Under the pieces are notes generated by a model, which ran no database searches, was not told where the DNA came from, and saw only the letters and a program-made list of their open reading frames with translations. This document shows, in pieces, positions 1-9,273 of a DNA stretch of 64,000 nucleotides. The translations under genes and the position numbers were made by a program. The stretch covers positions 1-64,000 of IMG/VR virus record IMGVR_UViG_3300042008_000003. One strand, 5' to 3'. This DNA is from a virus. How positions within the stretch are numbered: the stretch's first letter is position 1; every line of letters begins with the position of its first letter.

Positions 1-47
1 CAGAAGTTTATCAAGCGGAATACTTAGCTTCAAATGAAAAATAAAGG

Positions 48-76
48 TTGCTTATGTTAGAAAATAACCCTATAAT
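48..76 (+). promoter_or_regulatory. sigma70-type early promoter
   Basis: TTGCTT(48-53)-N17-TATAAT(71-76) with an A-rich UP-like tract upstream. Confidence 0.75.
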
Positions 77-110
77 CTGTACATACCCAACCAGCACAGA
101 GATAACCAAC

Positions 111-323
111 ATGAACACAACCAAGATTGAGAAACAAGCCCGCGACTTAGCAATGAAAGCTAAACCGGGGTTTCTTAAGATTGAGGGTAAGCTCTACACT
201 TTCGAGTTTGACCAAAACTCATGGGTTTATAATGTGTATGAAGATGGCTTTCTGATGATCCGGTTCAACACTAAAACCCTTCCTAAAGCTAAAACAATGC
301 TTAAAGAATGGCTTGATAGCTAA
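111..323 (+). CDS. early hypothetical protein
   Basis: ORF; start moved to ATG 111 (MNTTK) because the TTG at 48 lies in the promoter. Confidence 0.7.
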   Translation: MNTTKIEKQARDLAMKAKPGFLKIEGKLYTFEFDQNSWVYNVYEDGFLMIRFNTKTLPKAKTMLKEWLDS

Positions 324-741
324 GCACTACTAAGCAGGCTGCATAATGCCCATCAAATGATGGGCATAGGTGTATCAACAAGATTAATAGTGTGGGAAAT
401 AAACAATCCTCTGGTTGATAGTAGAATTTCCTATGGAAGCCTCATAAAATCTAGTCAAAATGACTACAGGAAGTAAGCTGATTGGTGGACTTTTAGTCGA
501 TGTGAGGATGAGTGAAGATACCTTGTGATGTTAAGCTCACTACTACTTTCCTCCAACATTCCCCCATCCCAATATATGAACACAGTCATTTCCCCCCAAT
601 AAACATTAGCTTCTTCACACTCTAGCTACAAATAATCCTGTACAAATGTCTTAAACAATGTTATCTGAACACGATAGGTTTTCTCTACTGTTAGCCAAGA
701 GTGTGATAGAAATCTTTGTTAGATAATGTTGGAAATAACTC

Positions 742-769
742 TTGCACAGAGTGTTGGATGAAGTATACT
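742..769 (+). promoter_or_regulatory. sigma70-type early promoter
   Basis: TTGCAC-N16-TATACT. Confidence 0.55.
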
Positions 770-809
770 GAACACAAGAAAGCAAAACAACCAAGACAGG
801 AATACAATC

Positions 810-977
810 ATGCACTCTTACAAAGTCACTATGAAAGATCACCACACTGAGGAACTCTTCTTCCTTGAGATTCAAGCACACTCTATGGAAGATGCTACTA
901 TCCAAGCTGCTTTAGCTTGGGAGGATGATACTGTTGAGGATGTCTTGTACATCACTGAAGTAGTAGGAGGCTTGTAA
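810..977 (+). CDS. small acidic early protein (55 aa; not in ORF track)
   Basis: AGGA RBS; MHSYKVTMKDHH...VVGGL*; abuts next gene. Confidence 0.65.
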   Translation: MHSYKVTMKDHHTEELFFLEIQAHSMEDATIQAALAWEDDTVEDVLYITEVVGGL

Positions 978-978
978 T

Positions 979-1212
979 ATGCTCACTACAGCCCTCATCC
1001 TTAGCTTCTGCACTACCACTATCTGTGAAGAGTATGTCATTGACCACAATCTCACTAAGAGTGATTGCATCGAACGTAAGAAAGAAGAGACAGTAGACAT
1101 GAAAGGTGAATCCTTTGATCAACTCTACAAGGATGCTGTAGACCGCTATCAGGCTGTAGCTATGACTGGTAAGATTGTTGATGTAAGCCTTAAGTGTGTG
1201 ATGGATTATTGA
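979..1212 (+). CDS. hypothetical protein with hydrophobic N-terminus
   Basis: strong AGGAGG RBS. Confidence 0.7.
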   Translation: MLTTALILSFCTTTICEEYVIDHNLTKSDCIERKKEETVDMKGESFDQLYKDAVDRYQAVAMTGKIVDVSLKCVMDY

Positions 1213-1236
1213 CTAATACTTATTGAGGATTGACAA

Positions 1237-1452
1237 ATGCAAAACAAATACTCTGTACCAGAAGACATGATCAAGACTATCATTAAATACTATGGCGCTA
1301 AAGGTCTAGCAATTGCTATCAACAATGCCTGTGCTCATGGTGAAGTCTTCCTAGAAGCTGACCTTAATCTAGGTGATGACGATGTACTGCTGAACAGTTG
1401 GTTCAAAGGTGTAGAGACACTACTAGATGTAGGTAAGAAGATCGATAGGTAG
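1237..1452 (+). CDS. hypothetical protein
   Basis: GAGGA RBS; followed by terminator. Confidence 0.7.
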   Translation: MQNKYSVPEDMIKTIIKYYGAKGLAIAINNACAHGEVFLEADLNLGDDDVLLNSWFKGVETLLDVGKKIDR

Positions 1453-1518
1453 GCTAGTATTATCCCCTCCTAGCAACGTTAGCTGTCTAGTAGTACACAG
1501 TGTTAGCTTGATCAATAG

Positions 1519-1539
1519 GCCCTCTTACTGAGGGCTTTT
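1519..1539 (+). terminator. rho-independent terminator
   Basis: GCCCTC-ttact-GAGGGC followed by TTTT. Confidence 0.65.
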
Positions 1540-1861
1540 CTATGCCTGTTGTTTATCTATCTTGTACACTAACTATTAATAGACTAACATCCTTTGTGCA
1601 AGACATTGGTGTGTACAGGCTATGACTACATCACTATCTATCAAGATAGCTTAGGTGATAGATTGTGTTAATGATTAGGGGAAGCTATTGGGTAAGAGGT
1701 GTTGATGAATTCTTCTGGATATTTTGATATTATGGTTGACGTATGATTGGCGGGGTAGTACCCTTGCTTGACACATGGGCTAACTATCTGGGTTTTCTGG
1801 GGACAGCATCCCTTATAAATAAAGGCTTTCAGAACACTCTTGATATTTTCTATATGTAAAT

Positions 1862-1888
1862 AAAAAGGGCTGCTATAAAAGCCAGCCC
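1862..1888 (-). terminator. rho-independent terminator
   Basis: GGGCTG...CAGCCC stem with an A-tract on the left, downstream of the leftward gene. Confidence 0.55.
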
Positions 1889-1910
1889 CTAAATTTATGG
1901 GGGTTTGGGA

Positions 1911-3083
1911 CTAGGGCATTTTGAAATTATATAATTTATCCAACACCCGTTTATCTAGTACGTCTTTAAACTCATCTGCCATCTGCCTAGCATGATTTTC
2001 TTTAAAGGTTTTGTAGAAACTACTTGCTTCTTCAGGAGTAGGAAATCCAGTTTGAGTCTTTACCCCGCCAGCAGTAGTATTCGCAAAGTATTGTCTGCCA
2101 CTCTTTGTTACTCCTGAAGGTAATTCCCTATCCCCTTGTACTGGCAATGTAGCATAGAAAGAGTTAATACACACAGGGACGAAACAACATGTCTCAGGGC
2201 CATATATTTTATTACCATCTACCAATATATCTTTTTCTAAGTGCCAACCTTTTAGTTTAAACGTTGCTTCCCACCAACTAGCAAAGTTTTGAAACTCTAA
2301 CCAATCATCACAAACTCTTACTCCTCTAGCACCATACTGATTGTAGGACTTTCTACTAGTGTTGTAACACCTAGACAACATACCATCCCATACTCGGTAA
2401 CAATCTGTCGTGACTCTATCGACAATACCAAGGATAGGGTAGTTAACAAAATTACCAACTCCATACTTCCTATACTCTAATCTTTCTTGTAAGTACTTCT
2501 CACCTGTAACTTTCTTCTCTAGCTCCCTCAAAGCCCTGTTCTCAGCTAGCATCATGTTACGTTTATTTGTTTGTGCCTTATAATATTCAGCAGATGTTGG
2601 ATACCAATGTAACTCATCTGTATACCCCTCACCTTTATAAGACAACCAACCTAGAACACATTCCACTGTTGTCCAACCATTACGAAGTCTTAGCTTTGTT
2701 GTCTTTTTATCCGCACTACAGAGGTTAGTAAAGTCCTCTAAAGGAATACTCTTACCCATGTACTCAACGAATTTCACTTCCTTAGGAACTGGTTCAGGTT
2801 TTACTTTCTTTGCTTTCCAATATTGATTGGCAGCAGAAGTATTTAATTTATCACCAAACTGTGCCACCAGATAAGCTCCCTCTGGATTGGGTATAAATGC
2901 AATTGCAACCAGTCTATGGACCTTACATAAGGAACTCTTACCATAGTCAGAAATTAAATTAGTGCACCAAAATCCACCGTTGATGGTTTGAGGCATTACA
3001 CGTCCTGTCTGCTTCTCTTTTACAATTCCTGTGTTTGACACCATATAACTTGTATAACCCTCTACTTCTTTCCACTCTTCCAT
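1911..3083 (-). CDS. homing endonuclease (NUMOD4/HNH-like N-terminus plus second HNH-related domain)
   Basis: EEWKEVEGY..Y.VSN.G.V, VHRLVA.AFIPNP; C-terminal W.EFQNF..W..LEKDIL..GNK.YGPETC.FVP. Confidence 0.8.
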   Translation of the reverse strand: MEEWKEVEGYTSYMVSNTGIVKEKQTGRVMPQTINGGFWCTNLISDYGKSSLCKVHRLVAIAFIPNPEGAYLVAQFGDKLNTSAANQYWKAKKVKPEPVPKEVKFVEYMGKSIPLEDFTNLCSADKKTTKLRLRNGWTTVECVLGWLSYKGEGYTDELHWYPTSAEYYKAQTNKRNMMLAENRALRELEKKVTGEKYLQERLEYRKYGVGNFVNYPILGIVDRVTTDCYRVWDGMLSRCYNTSRKSYNQYGARGVRVCDDWLEFQNFASWWEATFKLKGWHLEKDILVDGNKIYGPETCCFVPVCINSFYATLPVQGDRELPSGVTKSGRQYFANTTAGGVKTQTGFPTPEEASSFYKTFKENHARQMADEFKDVLDKRVLDKLYNFKMP

Positions 3084-3123
3084 CTATAAACAACTCCTAT
3101 ATATTATACCGGATTAATTAAAT

Positions 3124-3546
3124 CTAGATATAGATCCTATTCTGTTCACCATAGCCTAAATCGATACCTTGCTGTTCAGTGACAATAGTCTGTCTGGGAT
3201 ATTTCATCCTCAGTATTTCTCTATCTTCCAATGAACGCTTTAGGAATCTGTAACAGAGGGAGCAAGCCTTAACATATAAAATAGCCTGACTCTTCCTCAT
3301 CTCAAGAAGCTCCATAACACTTTCCGTGGATATTTCCTTTAGGAACAGAAAGCACTTAATGATATTCAGAGTAGATAGTGGTATTTGATTTGGTTTATCT
3401 CCATACCAATCAAGACGTGCTACACCAGATACAATATCATCAATCCACACAGGCCATGTATCTGGCTCATCTTTACCATACCACTGTTCACAGAAGTCAT
3501 ACTTAATATCATTCACAAGTACAATAGGTTTACGTCCCCTTGTCAT
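3124..3546 (-). CDS. conserved-looking phage hypothetical protein
   Basis: 140-aa ORF in leftward operon. Confidence 0.7.
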   Translation of the reverse strand: MTRGRKPIVLVNDIKYDFCEQWYGKDEPDTWPVWIDDIVSGVARLDWYGDKPNQIPLSTLNIIKCFLFLKEISTESVMELLEMRKSQAILYVKACSLCYRFLKRSLEDREILRMKYPRQTIVTEQQGIDLGYGEQNRIYI

Positions 3547-3738
3547 TTAGTTTCTCTTACTCAAGTTTACGAACAGCTTCCTTCTGTTCTAGTTCAGTCA
3601 TATTTGCTTTCTTCCTTCGTTGCCTCATCCACTCTTTAACTCCAATAGCTGCAAGGGCATCAGCGTTAGCTTCTACCCTTTGTGCAATCTCAGATGTTAA
3701 GTCTGGAATCTAAGATTCCTTTACCTGCATCCAACCTC

Positions 3739-4140
3739 CTATGGTTCGTAGTGCTCACAATGCTTTGTTTGCAGATGATCGACAAACTGTAGTGCTTTAA
3801 TCAATTGAGGGATATTAGGGTAATACAAGTAACCTTTGCACCCCTCTTCTTTGTCGTAGATATTAAAATACATATGCCTAGCACCATCATAAAATGCAGC
3901 TAAGTGAAATACCACCTCAACTTCTGTTTCCTCTTTAGGTTCATCTGATCCTTGACTCATATCAGAAGTAAACACCGCTTCAAAGCCACTCCCGTCTTCC
4001 CAGATAGAATAGTTAACTCTACTACCCCACTTAGCATTCCCTGAAATCTGATAAACATCCCAATCCCAAATCTTTTTTGATTTACTACTTTGTGGGTATT
4101 GTGCTTCAATTTCTTTAAGCTTTATTTGATCACTCATCAC
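3739..4140 (-). CDS. hypothetical protein
   Basis: ORF with start/stop overlap to upstream gene. Confidence 0.7.
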   Translation of the reverse strand: MMSDQIKLKEIEAQYPQSSKSKKIWDWDVYQISGNAKWGSRVNYSIWEDGSGFEAVFTSDMSQGSDEPKEETEVEVVFHLAAFYDGARHMYFNIYDKEEGCKGYLYYPNIPQLIKALQFVDHLQTKHCEHYEP

Positions 4141-4325
4141 TTCTTTTCCCTCCTAGGTAATTCCTCAAGATATTCTAACTCATTCTCATACATAAGTCTA
4201 TTCTCCTCCCAATCCTTTTCTTCCCAATTGAATAGATCGTCTTCAGCACACACAGGACACCACTCATAACACTTCACTGGTGGATCATGTTCATCACACC
4301 AGTATGACTCATTGTAGTCTGTCAT
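4137..4325 (-). CDS. small acidic Cys-containing protein
   Basis: GGAGG RBS before MTDY; CPVC motif. Confidence 0.6.
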   Translation of the reverse strand: MTDYNESYWCDEHDPPVKCYEWCPVCAEDDLFNWEEKDWEENRLMYENELEYLEELPRREKK

Positions 4326-4484
4326 CAATCCTCCCAATAAACATAGTCACTCCAATCAGCATCACAACCACACTCTGACGGCTCATATAAGTGTGACTGA
4401 AATAAAGATTACCAACGAACACTCCGTTCATCTCATCAATATCCAGAATCCAATTCTTTACTTCCTGAAAATCTTTAAAATCTT

Positions 4485-4769
4485 TCATTTATCTCTCCAA
4501 TCCAAATAAGCTTTCTCAGGAGTTACTCCGTGTCCAATCTTATGCTCAAAAGAATTATCTAATTCGTCAAAGCTAATAGACTTATCAATAAGATATTTTA
4601 ATGTGTCTTTATACGTAACATAAAACCAAGAACCTTTGTGTTTCCTGATGAGGGGTTTATTCAACTCCCAACCATATCGGCCTATCTTGGAAAACGCCCG
4701 TGCCAGAATGTTCAGGGCACCCTTTATTGACGCAGTAGTAGATGTAGTCTTCACAATCAAATTCCTCAA
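4485..4769 (-). CDS. hypothetical protein (start uncertain)
   Basis: ORF; overlaps neighbouring ORF. Confidence 0.45.
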   Translation of the reverse strand: MRNLIVKTTSTTASIKGALNILARAFSKIGRYGWELNKPLIRKHKGSWFYVTYKDTLKYLIDKSISFDELDNSFEHKIGHGVTPEKAYLDWRDK

Positions 4770-4863
4770 GACGTGTGTTATTAGCTATCCATACTACAGA
4801 GCTTTTGCAAGCAATGCAATAGCCGTCTACAAATCCACTGTCACACTGTAAATAATCAGACAT
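4657..4863 (-). CDS. small Cys-rich (Zn-binding?) protein
   Basis: CIAC and CVNKGC motifs; coupled to upstream stop. Confidence 0.55.
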   Translation of the reverse strand: MSDYLQCDSGFVDGYCIACKSSVVWIANNTRLEEFDCEDYIYYCVNKGCPEHSGTGVFQDRPIWLGVE

Positions 4864-5120
4864 TATTTTGATCCTCTGGGAACTAACAGAGAAGTACATT
4901 CTTTAATAATATTTACCAAGTCTCGTTTAGTAAGCTCATCCCCAATAGCAGAAAGAAGAGCTTTTGCAAACCCTTCGCTATCTTTTTCATAATCACAATT
5001 GCCCAACTGACCCTGCACTTCTTCTGAGAAGTAGTCTAAGGTTTGGTGCCTAATTAAGAATCTATCAGTTAACCCCGTTTTTACAGTCCACTCTTTTTTG
5101 TCTTCCCACCCCCAACTCAT
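4863..5120 (-). CDS. hypothetical protein
   Basis: ORF, coupled, AAGGAG RBS. Confidence 0.65.
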   Translation of the reverse strand: MSWGWEDKKEWTVKTGLTDRFLIRHQTLDYFSEEVQGQLGNCDYEKDSEGFAKALLSAIGDELTKRDLVNIIKECTSLLVPRGSK

Positions 5121-5335
5121 TTTGGTAACTCCTTTCCAAAGTATTTATTTCTTATTTGTTCGTCTGTATCAAAATCATTGAACTCTACGCCTTCTTTTTG
5201 AGCAAGGTATCTAAGAAAATATCCTGTTGCGGTTCTAGGGTCAAGTTCGTAATCAATAGATCTAACCTGTGCCTCAAACGTAGTAGAGCTTTTTAGACTG
5301 ACGTCATGATGGAACAGTTGGCAATTAATTTTCAC
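5117..5335 (-). CDS. hypothetical protein
   Basis: ORF, AGGAGAG RBS. Confidence 0.65.
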   Translation of the reverse strand: MKINCQLFHHDVSLKSSTTFEAQVRSIDYELDPRTATGYFLRYLAQKEGVEFNDFDTDEQIRNKYFGKELPK

Positions 5336-5510
5336 TGTTCTCTCCTAAATATTTAAAATACAAATCCTCATACTCTTTGAACTGTGCACACCAAGACATA
5401 TGCGGATGTTCAGGATTCCTACCATTCATTGTATGAGCGTAGCCACCACAATTACAATATTCTTTGTAAGAATTTACACCTTTATTTTTTAACCACTCTA
5501 GATATGTCAT
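5325..5510 (-). CDS. hypothetical protein
   Basis: ORF with CNC/H/C residues. Confidence 0.6.
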   Translation of the reverse strand: MTYLEWLKNKGVNSYKEYCNCGGYAHTMNGRNPEHPHMSWCAQFKEYEDLYFKYLGENSEN

Positions 5511-5684
5511 TGCTTTGATCCTTTAAATACCCAACTCCACGGGTCACCATAAACTATACCTCCAAAGAATGGATAGGAAAGCACTGATATACAGAGTGTA
5601 AATAATAGGAAGCTCATTTTTCAATCCTCACATTAAACTCACTAACCAATTTAAGAAATGAATCATTAATTGCCAGTATCTGTG

Positions 5685-6026
5685 TCACTCTTCATCCTCC
5701 AACCTAAGTTCAATTAGTTTATCAGTGTCTTGCGTTGCCTTACAAGCACACCTGGGGCGAAAACGACTAAGAATGTAACGATCAATCTCTGTTGTAAATA
5801 CAGATTTGAGAAAAACACCATCGTATACATGACCTTGAATTTTAGCTACATCTTTAAAATCTTTAATTACTATAAACCTAATCTTATTACCGAAAGATTC
5901 AATAGTCAAATCCTTTTGTTTAAGTTTTACATTTCCCCCGTCATCATATTTTGACATAAGATTAAACAAATCAACCGCATAACTTTTTGCAGTTTCACGG
6001 TTATCAAAGAAATAAGCAATATTCAT
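5685..6026 (-). CDS. mini terminase-ATPase-like fragment lacking catalytic motifs
   Basis: hand alignment to this window's TerL: KDL.I...G..I.F-x7-D-x4-QG..Y..V....FT.E...Y...R.R; GAGGAG RBS. Confidence 0.6.
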   Translation of the reverse strand: MNIAYFFDNRETAKSYAVDLFNLMSKYDDGGNVKLKQKDLTIESFGNKIRFIVIKDFKDVAKIQGHVYDGVFLKSVFTTEIDRYILSRFRPRCACKATQDTDKLIELRLEDEE

Positions 6027-6036
6027 TTTTCACTCC

Positions 6037-6315
6037 TCAACAATAAGCTGAACACTTCCTACATGGACAACTCAGCCCCATAGGCTTCATACGATCTTCT
6101 ACAGGGATGCTATCCCACAGGCACTTGGTATCCCCAATCTGCCCACTGCGAAACTTACTAACATCTCCGTGTGTGAAAGGATAGTATGGCATCTTCTCAT
6201 CATTCTCTACAGTCTTATACCGTGCAATACTCTCTTCCATTTCTTTGCGAAGTTGTTTAAGCTCATCTTCTACGTTCTGCATACGCTCTTCTAGTGTGAT
6301 ATTCACCATTTCCAC
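6037..6315 (-). CDS. coiled-coil protein with C-terminal CPCxxC motif
   Basis: translation. Confidence 0.65.
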   Translation of the reverse strand: MEMVNITLEERMQNVEDELKQLRKEMEESIARYKTVENDEKMPYYPFTHGDVSKFRSGQIGDTKCLWDSIPVEDRMKPMGLSCPCRKCSAYC

Positions 6316-6500
6316 TCCTTTAATAGTTTCAACATCCCATCAAGATCCCCTCCTGAAACCTCTTCTATACGAGTGTTCCATAGTAACTCTAAAGCCCTAT
6401 TACCAGCATTCAAAGCATCTAGGGTATCCATTCCTACAAGGTCTAATTTAACTGTGCTTGCAAAATTATCACAAGCATTGTCCATCTTAGTCATACTCAT
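6303..6500 (-). CDS. hypothetical protein
   Basis: ORF, AGGAG RBS. Confidence 0.6.
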   Translation of the reverse strand: MSMTKMDNACDNFASTVKLDLVGMDTLDALNAGNRALELLWNTRIEEVSGGDLDGMLKLLKEWKW

Positions 6501-6511
6501 TGTTCTTTCTC

Positions 6512-6712
6512 CTATTTAAATTTCTTCCCACGATTATAGCTAGCCTTCTTCCACTTGTACAGCAATCTTTCCTCTTCTTTCTGATAATCATCAGCATATT
6601 TTAAATATTGACTTGCTAGAAGTGGTGTATCTGGATGATCTGGGTTAAGAGAAGCTGCTAGCTTTCTGTAGTAGGCTGGAACACTTGGTTGTTTTAGGTC
6701 TCTTTTAGCCAT
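6512..6712 (-). CDS. hypothetical protein
   Basis: ORF in operon. Confidence 0.6.
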   Translation of the reverse strand: MAKRDLKQPSVPAYYRKLAASLNPDHPDTPLLASQYLKYADDYQKEEERLLYKWKKASYNRGKKFK

Positions 6713-6911
6713 TTAACTCAATAACCATTTCAAGCATAATCAAAGCTAACTCTTTATTCTTATGCTGGCTGCGTTCATTCATACTGACAACACCTAATCG
6801 TGTAGGCTTATGCATGATCAACACTCCTGAACTTGTAAGGCCTACGTGTTGACCACCTTTAGATTTAATATCTGGGTAGGTTGACACCTCAATATCTTCT
6901 GGTTTAATCAT
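6705..6911 (-). CDS. stand-alone class I release factor GGQ (peptidyl-tRNA hydrolase) domain
   Basis: DIEV.T....KGGQHV...SSGV.I.H.PT.L.V....ERSQHKNK..A...L, matching RF domain 3. Confidence 0.85.
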   Translation of the reverse strand: MIKPEDIEVSTYPDIKSKGGQHVGLTSSGVLIMHKPTRLGVVSMNERSQHKNKELALIMLEMVIELNG

Positions 6912-7204
6912 ATTCTCTCCTTAATTGTTTAGTATACAATGCATAACTTAGTATTTTCCAGAAATGCACTGTATTTAATACTTTTCTCTTAATTTACTAA
7001 TCTTCAACCATCTCCAATCTTTCTTATGAAACCCAATCCACCAATCAATACTCAGCCTAATTTTCTGTCTCTGCACAGTTTTCACAATAAGCTTTATTAT
7101 CTAGGAACTCTTTTAAGGTTATCGTCCTATCTCCTGTGTGATCTTTTACACTTGGACCATACCAGTACCCCGCAATTTGACCACATTTACATCTTGGTCT
7201 CATA

Positions 7205-7441
7205 TTAACTCACCTTAAAAATAATATAACCTTTCTCGATAGCGTCAGCAAGCTTCACAAGCTGCATATTTCTCTGTGGAAGGTATGTGTAATACTCCCC
7301 GTCTTTCTTAACGATAGTGAACACACTATCAGCTACATCTGCAAAGCGAATAGATGAGATTGATTTCAATACAACCCCATCTTGTGCTGTGTAGAATGAT
7401 GTCACTCCATTAATTGTACGTACTTTGATGTGATTGCTCAT
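7205..7441 (-). CDS. hypothetical protein
   Basis: ORF, AAGGAG RBS. Confidence 0.6.
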   Translation of the reverse strand: MSNHIKVRTINGVTSFYTAQDGVVLKSISSIRFADVADSVFTIVKKDGEYYTYLPQRNMQLVKLADAIEKGYIIFKVS

Positions 7442-7926
7442 TTGTATAACTCCTTAAGTTCATTTCGTGTATCTCGGATGCGCCTGTCTTCACGAATCTT
7501 GTCTAATTTTGTTTTACGATCAATTCGATAGTTCATGATGCTTGAGATTTCTTTGATTAGATATTCTTTTTCGTCTTCTGTGAGGAAGAATACATGTTCA
7601 TAATGACAAAACTTGAGACTTGATCTATCATACTCTAACAAAAACACTGAAGACCCAATCCACCTAGAACCTTTAACGTACCAACCAACACTCAGATCTT
7701 TATCCCAAATCTTGTACGCCTTGTAGTCTGGTATTTCTTCAATAGAGTGTACAAGATAAGTACTGCAATCAACTCCAACTTTAAACCTCTTTGGATTTTC
7801 ACGAACAGTTTTCAGAAAGGAAATAACAGGCTCAGAGATATTCGGGAGTTTCACCACCAAATGCTTTGGATTATACTCTTCTGATGATCTATCACCAAAC
7901 AAACTCTCTTTAATCCACTTGAACAT
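7438..7926 (-). CDS. hypothetical protein
   Basis: ORF; start taken at MFKW after AAGGGG. Confidence 0.65.
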   Translation of the reverse strand: MFKWIKESLFGDRSSEEYNPKHLVVKLPNISEPVISFLKTVRENPKRFKVGVDCSTYLVHSIEEIPDYKAYKIWDKDLSVGWYVKGSRWIGSSVFLLEYDRSSLKFCHYEHVFFLTEDEKEYLIKEISSIMNYRIDRKTKLDKIREDRRIRDTRNELKELYK

Positions 7927-8125
7927 AATAAATCCCCTTCTCTCGTCGTTCATTATCAGCATCAAATACGCCCTTCCAATAAGCATTGGTAAACATCATC
8001 CAGCTTGTTTGGGTATTAAGGTCTTGGAAATACTTATCCAATGTAGGGTGTAGCTCAACATCCATTCCCCAAGACTGTGCAAGGGAGAGGAATGTCTGGA
8101 ATTGATCTTCGTGTGATTTAACCAT
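7910..8125 (-). CDS. hypothetical protein
   Basis: ORF; start taken at MVKS. Confidence 0.55.
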   Translation of the reverse strand: MVKSHEDQFQTFLSLAQSWGMDVELHPTLDKYFQDLNTQTSWMMFTNAYWKGVFDADNERREKGIYYVQVD

Positions 8126-8300
8126 TTTCTTTGTCCTGCATCTTGTAAACTGAAATAATGGCAAGAGGAACACTGACAGGGAAGAACAAAGCTGCGATAA
8201 AGCTTCCTTTCAAGTTAAATTTATGCTTGGCTGCATAGCAACACAGAGCATCGTTGTGGATTGTTAACAGAACACCTACAACATAGATTATAAATAACAT
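8118..8300 (-). CDS. small membrane protein (2 TM)
   Basis: hydrophobic segments; AGGAGAG RBS. Confidence 0.65.
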   Translation of the reverse strand: MLFIIYVVGVLLTIHNDALCCYAAKHKFNLKGSFIAALFFPVSVPLAIISVYKMQDKENG

Positions 8301-8343
8301 ATTTCTCTCCTAAAACAGTCGCTAAAATTCATAGAACAAACAT

Positions 8344-8372
8344 AGTGTATCATACGAAGCTATACAATGCAA
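8344..8372 (-). promoter_or_regulatory. sigma70-type promoter (extended -10)
   Basis: minus strand TTGCAT-N17-TACACT with TG upstream of the -10. Confidence 0.6.
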
Positions 8373-8418
8373 CTCCTTTACTGTTAAAGCGTCTGGAACA
8401 TACTAAAACTCCGCATAA

Positions 8419-8763
8419 CTATTCACTTTGCTGCGAGAATTCAAGCACCAATCCCACCATAGCTACAGCAGTCCATGTATAATTAGCATTTACCAGCTGA
8501 TTTAGATTAGTAAAACCCGTTGATTCGATAAATGCCTCTATATCCACTCCAGTCTTCTTGCAAGCTCGGCGGATATACTTGGTAGCTGATGCTGGGATAT
8601 ACCAATGTGGCATGGTTAGTTTATATTTTGAGGCAATTTCACGCCAATATGGTTCATCTGTGTATGTAGTCTTCAGATTAGCTTTAGCATATTCTTGATC
8701 AGCAATACGCTTCTGTTTAATTTGTTCTCGTTGTTCTTCTGTCATTGGCACTAGATGTGTCAT
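8419..8763 (-). CDS. hypothetical protein
   Basis: ORF; start at MTHL. Confidence 0.65.
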   Translation of the reverse strand: MTHLVPMTEEQREQIKQKRIADQEYAKANLKTTYTDEPYWREIASKYKLTMPHWYIPASATKYIRRACKKTGVDIEAFIESTGFTNLNQLVNANYTWTAVAMVGLVLEFSQQSE

Positions 8764-8999
8764 TTTGTCACCCCTTTGTCTGAATAATACTGTTCTTCTG
8801 TCTTGCCTGTATAGGCTAACCACATATCTTTGTTTACAGAATCCCAATAACTAAATTGTGATTTAAAATAAGGCAGTTTTTTATTAAAGATATTAGTTTG
8901 CCGCAGATCAAAGTGTCCAGGCACCTCATTTAATTTACCATACACAAAATCTTTAGCTGCCTGTACAGCTTCTTTATATTTAATCTTACTGGGGGACAT
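8760..8999 (-). CDS. hypothetical protein
   Basis: ORF; AGGAG RBS before MSPS. Confidence 0.6.
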   Translation of the reverse strand: MSPSKIKYKEAVQAAKDFVYGKLNEVPGHFDLRQTNIFNKKLPYFKSQFSYWDSVNKDMWLAYTGKTEEQYYSDKGVTK

Positions 9000-9273
9000 T
9001 TTATCTCCTAATGCATTATTTTGCACGATCTTCATCAGTCATTACTGTGAAGTTATGATTGTTCATCTTACACTCCCTTTGTATAAATCATATGTACACT
9101 GACTACCCATCACCCTAACAGTCAATGCGTCTAGCAGATCAGGCTTACCAGCGCACAATACAATCCATAGTGTAATAAACCCAAGCCAACACAAATCATT
9201 TTTATTCATATATTCTCCTTACGCATTCTTTTGCACATCTTAGACGATTTTAGCCGACGATCTGCACTATATT

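Noticed and set aside
346-367. Perfect inverted repeat ATGCCCATCA-aa-TGATGGGCAT
   Set aside because: Isolated hairpin with no U-tract and no second copy seen; function cannot be assigned
651-1100. Minus-strand ORFs in the early region
   Set aside because: Overlap a + strand promoter and better-supported + strand genes
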